NCBI GenBank assembly: GCA_024679065.1
Contig: JAGIQG010000005.1
Span: 51,894,001-51,958,000, forward strand
Length of the DNA: 64,000 nucleotides
Direction of reading: 5' to 3'
Source: Sphyrna mokarran
Lineage: Eukaryota
The translations under genes were made by a program, and so were the position numbers. The notes beneath the pieces were generated by a model. The model saw only the letters and a program-made list of their open reading frames with translations. It did no database searches and was not told where the DNA came from. Each line of letters opens with the position of its first letter. Position 1 is the stretch's first letter. Positions 60,011 through 64,000 of the stretch are shown here, piece by piece.

Positions 60011-61967
60011 CTTCATTAACTTTAAACTTAAAATTTCTGTTCCATCTCTCAACTGCACCTTTTGACCCCATGATTTTTTTTATTCATTCAAGAAATGTGA
60101 GCATCACTGGCTAAGGCAGCATTTATATTCTTTCGTATTGGTGTATTGCATTTTATTATGCATCTCCCATTCAAATTTAAGTTTAGTTTTAATCTGCCTG
60201 TTTATCCATGGGAGTACGCCTTTACCTCCTGCCCCTTTTCCATTTGAGGAATATTTTAATTTTGTAATCAATCCATGGCATATTTAAAGATTCCCACTTC
60301 TGATCTGGCATTCTCATCACAAAATTTCCCTATGTCTTTTTCAATTCAGAAAGATTATCTTTGACTCTTTGCTTTCCTTCTCTATTTTCACATTGGTTGC
60401 CATCATAGCCCTAGGGTGCTCTTCAATCTCAGTCAAAAAATGGTCCCGAACATCCCAACGGCGATAAATGACTTGCTAGACACTTGTTTCACTAAGATAG
60501 CAATCATCCTAAATATCACTGCTTCATTCTGCTTCCCAAGTGCTCCAACCATCTTTTTCTCAGGAAAATTAAGAATTATTGGATCAAAAGCGTGCAAGCA
60601 CCAATTGCACAGGAGCGTCATAATACAGACTTATGTATATTTTAATTTAGCCAATGTTCATTTCCGGAAGCACCAAAAACAGCTAAGCAGTGACATAGCC
60701 ATGTTGGCATTCACTATATGTGAACTTGTGGCATGGGATATCCTAACTCAAAAATAGTAAGCGTAATGCTAATTCCACATCCAAAAACTGGAGAGCCGAG
60801 AATTCAATTTCTACGCTAGCGTAAATACTTATTCAAAATTCATTTTTAAAGTAATTTAAATCATCAAATCTACACCTTTTTATAACTAAATAGCTTGCAA
60901 TGGTCATAATACTGTTATATATCTGTTTGATAACATGATAGTTACGTGGCATAAATAAACCCATGAAAATTATGGTCTGATAACAGTTTTAAATATATTC
61001 TAAGACTTCTGTGCATTGCCAAACAGGTTAAATTGTTGACTGTTTTGATGGTATAAGGAAAGTTATCTAGTATAAATTTATCAAAAATCCCTTCACTGCA
61101 CAAATAATTATTTGAGTGACAGACAGACAGAGTCAGTTCCTCTAATCCCTATATGTAGCTTAGAGGAACCACAAGGAACTCAGTAATCCCCTTCTTTATG
61201 ACTTTCAACTGTTAAAGGGTTCAGAAACTATTAATCTTTGCTTGTCATTATCTTTCTGATATCAACTGTATGTAACATAGAGGCCAATTTCTTTATAAAA
61301 ACGTGAATGTGTAATTTTCTTTACACCCTGAACAAAAGAAGCACATTCTGGGCTCTATGAATTAAAGTAAATGCAATACAAATTAATATTCCAGTACAAT
61401 ATCTGCAATGTTGTTCAATGGAAAACTCTTGACAGACTCAGTATAATAACTCATCCATAAATGAAAAATGCTGTGTATTTAAACTTACACTACTTTTCAT
61501 CCTGTTGTCCTGCTTCTCTATCAATGTGCTCCACCATATAAATTCTTCTTTCTAACAGGAATTGCGTGTGGGCTCTCGAGCCGCTTTTGGAACTTTACAT
61601 TACCGTTCCACCACTGTACTGTTTGTCCCTCAGCTCTTTTTTAGTGAAATATGTATAGATGTTATCCTTTCATTTTAAATTATTTGCAATAATCACCAAT
61701 AAATCCAGTAGCAAATTCAGGAAAAACATCTTTTCTGAGAAAGTGTGAAAACATAGAGCCAGCCGCCACAAGGAATAGTTGAAGTAAACAGATGCCTTAA
61801 CGGGAAACCTTGATAGACATTGAAACATAGAACTTGAACCAGAACTTGGCCATTCAGCCCTTTGAGCCTTCGCTGCCACTCATTTCTTCTTGAAATCAGA
61901 CAACTTGAAATCAGACAATATACAAGAGTAAAGGAACAGAAGGATATTTTAATTGTATGAGGTAAAA

Positions 61968-62233
61968 TGAAGCGGTGCATAGGGTTTCTCAAAATGTGGT
62001 TCAGGTGCTTGGACCACTTCAATATAGCCCCCTCATACCATTCCGCACTGTGATGGTATGCTATGCCCTACACAACCTGGTGCAGCAGCGAGGAAGCCAC
62101 CCAGTAGGAGGAGGAGGAAGAGAATGACGACAAAGGCCAACACTACCCAGGCACTGGAAGGCTGACGGCAGCAAGGATCAGGCCCCTGAGGGCGGCAAGA
62201 GGGGCCTTGATCACGACACACTTTGATCACTAG
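61968..62233 (+). pseudogene. Harbinger (HARBI1-like DDE) transposase C-terminal relic
   Basis: KRCIGFLKMWFRCLD/LQYSP...VMVCYALHNLVQQRG...acidic tract...AARGALITTHFDH*, matching ER.IG.LK.RFRCL...LQYSP...CC.LHN. Confidence 0.85.
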
Positions 62234-62849
62234 AGGCCTGTGCTGTCGCACGTGGGTTACATTCCATCCTCCATGGAGTACTACAATCTCCTGCAACATT
62301 GGAGCACCAGAGTGGTAGGCTTGGGTACACTATGTTAGTGAGTTTCTGTGGCAGGCAGGAGGGTGATGATGACTCGCTATGTGCCATTGTGAGGCCCTGG
62401 TGCAAGCTGGTCTGACTCCTACCAGATCTCAACATGTATGTTGGTACCTGGGCTTATGTCAAGGTGGTGCTAAGTAAGAGAACACTAAACCCCCAAGCAG
62501 GGCCCTGGGATGGATGGAGGGCAGGCAATATCTTATGGATTCTGAGATGCCATGGCAGATGCTGTAAGTTGCTGCCAATGCATGCCATCCGCTGCAGCCA
62601 GTGAATTATTTGAGTGCCTTGATTTTCTCAGTAGCAATGTGTTTAGGGGCCTTCTCCACTGACATCAATATTGAGGGTCCCTCTGGTGAACGTCAGTGTA
62701 AGTACATTCCTGTTAGAGGATAATTAGAGATAACTTAGTCATGATGTGGGGTGAAATAACATTTATTGTTGCCAATAATAGTGCTTTCAAAATAAGTGAT
62801 GATGTAAAAACATGTGAATTTGAGACTTTAAAGTGCCTAAATATTCTAA

Positions 62850-64000
62850 CTATCTAGTGTTGCCTTTACCCATGCCATCTTAGTCTCCCCAGGGTGTACA
62901 TCGGAGGTGGAGATGACTAGCTGCCTAGTGCACTCCATGGCCTATGTGCCCTTGGCAAATGTCCTGTGGAAGGCCTGGATTTGAGGATCCAGGCTGGCTT
63001 CCAGGGGTCAGGGATGCACCTATGACATCCTCTTCACCCTGATGCTGTTGTCAGGAAGGGTGGAGCCAGAAAATGTAGCCACAGCCATAGTCTCCTGGCT
63101 GGAAGGCCCCGGCATGGGCTTGAGTCCTTCCTCCTCCCTGACATTCCTGTAGGCCCTTGGGTCACTCGATGGGATGATGGTGTTTCTGCAATGAGCTTCA
63201 GAAGCTCCGGTGTCATCTGGCCCTGTCAGTCCTTTTTGCCACGGTGGTCAAGCCCTCTGTGATGTCCCTGTGAGTTGGAGGCCACCTGTCAATAGCAACA
63301 GCAGGTGCCCTCTGACACTGGGCCATGCTCTGCAGCCCCTTAGTCATAACCCTCTGGGCCATGTTCTCAAAGGCTGCTGCCATAGCCTACTATGTCTCAG
63401 CATGTCTCGCTTTATCTCCCGCAAGTCCTTGAGCCTCTCAGCCATGGGTTTCAGAATCTTGAGAAGCCTATTGAGACCTTCAGCTGTGGCCCACAGTGAC
63501 TCCCCATAGCCCTCTAGGATTCATCCATGGCCTGCTGTGTCTCGGCCATCACTTAGAACCTGCCACCTATGGTGAGGGTTTCCTGCCCCAGACTTTCTAC
63601 AACAGACACCACCCTTGCAGTGTTGGCCTGGGAACCATGCAAGACAGGCAATGGCTGTTCTGCTTGAAAGCTTTGGGACTCCTTCCAACAGCCTCATAGT
63701 CGATCCAGTGTGGCCGTCAGTCCTTCCTCCATTCTCTGGCTCTGTTGCTGCATCTCCAGCTGCTGAGGGAGAAGTGATCTCAGAGGCTCGAGTCATATAG
63801 GATTTCATGGGTGTGACCATCAGAGGGCAAGGGTTGTGATATTCTTGGGTGGGCAAAAGGAGATGCTTGGTGTCAGGGGCTGGAAACATGTAGAGTGCTG
63901 AGGGTGGGGGAACCGGGAGTCATTTAGGGGGAAGATGCTGAATGAGGTTAAACGCTCACCCTTACTGCCTGGATTAGGTCATTCAGTTTATTTTTCGCGG
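62850..64000 (-). pseudogene. Harbinger Myb/SANT-like accessory gene relic, convergent with the transposase and running off the window
   Basis: Minus strand 63998-63960 reads AKNKLNDLIQAVR (the SANT helix CRKK.NDL pattern), followed by donor AGG|GTGAG. A minus-strand AATAAA lies near 62762. Confidence 0.65.

Noticed and set aside
60416-60757. 113-aa ORF in unique sequence
   Set aside because: Non-ATG start, no recognisable domain and no convincing splice signals. The length is compatible with chance.
61888-61920. 15-bp tandem duplication CTTGAAATCAGACAA x2
   Set aside because: A simple local slippage duplication with no further structure.

Overview
This is eukaryotic, repeat-rich DNA, almost certainly from a cartilaginous fish (shark-like). 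The repeats I recognise are HE1-like V-SINEs, DeuSINE/SacSINE1-like SINEs and many 5'-truncated CR1 (HER1-type) LINEs. I recognise no intact host protein-coding gene: every ORF in the track that I can identify is a decayed transposon fragment, so the window is intergenic or deep intronic. Retroelements: canonical CR1, a divergent CR1-clade (Zenon-like) LINE, L2, Rex1/Babar, RTE-BovB-like, Penelope-like ends and a Gypsy integrase relic. DNA transposons: a hAT transposase relic, a two-gene Harbinger relic, and non-autonomous Harbinger-like elements including tiny MITEs with 3-bp TSDs. Other features are a full-length U6 snRNA pseudogene, a 22-bp minisatellite, several long hairpins and a 140-N assembly gap (15335-15474). 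The most interesting signals are: (1) one V-SINE head/core carried with two different 3' tails, the second matching the Rex1/Babar LINE tail with a compensated stem-loop; (2) a CR1 whose long 3' UTR seems to have captured a SINE; (3) a recurring GGCANTGCC palindrome in Harbinger-like elements; (4) a U6 copy with neither promoter nor poly(A). All family assignments come from recalled motifs, not database searches, and most boundaries are approximate (about +/-20-50 bp).
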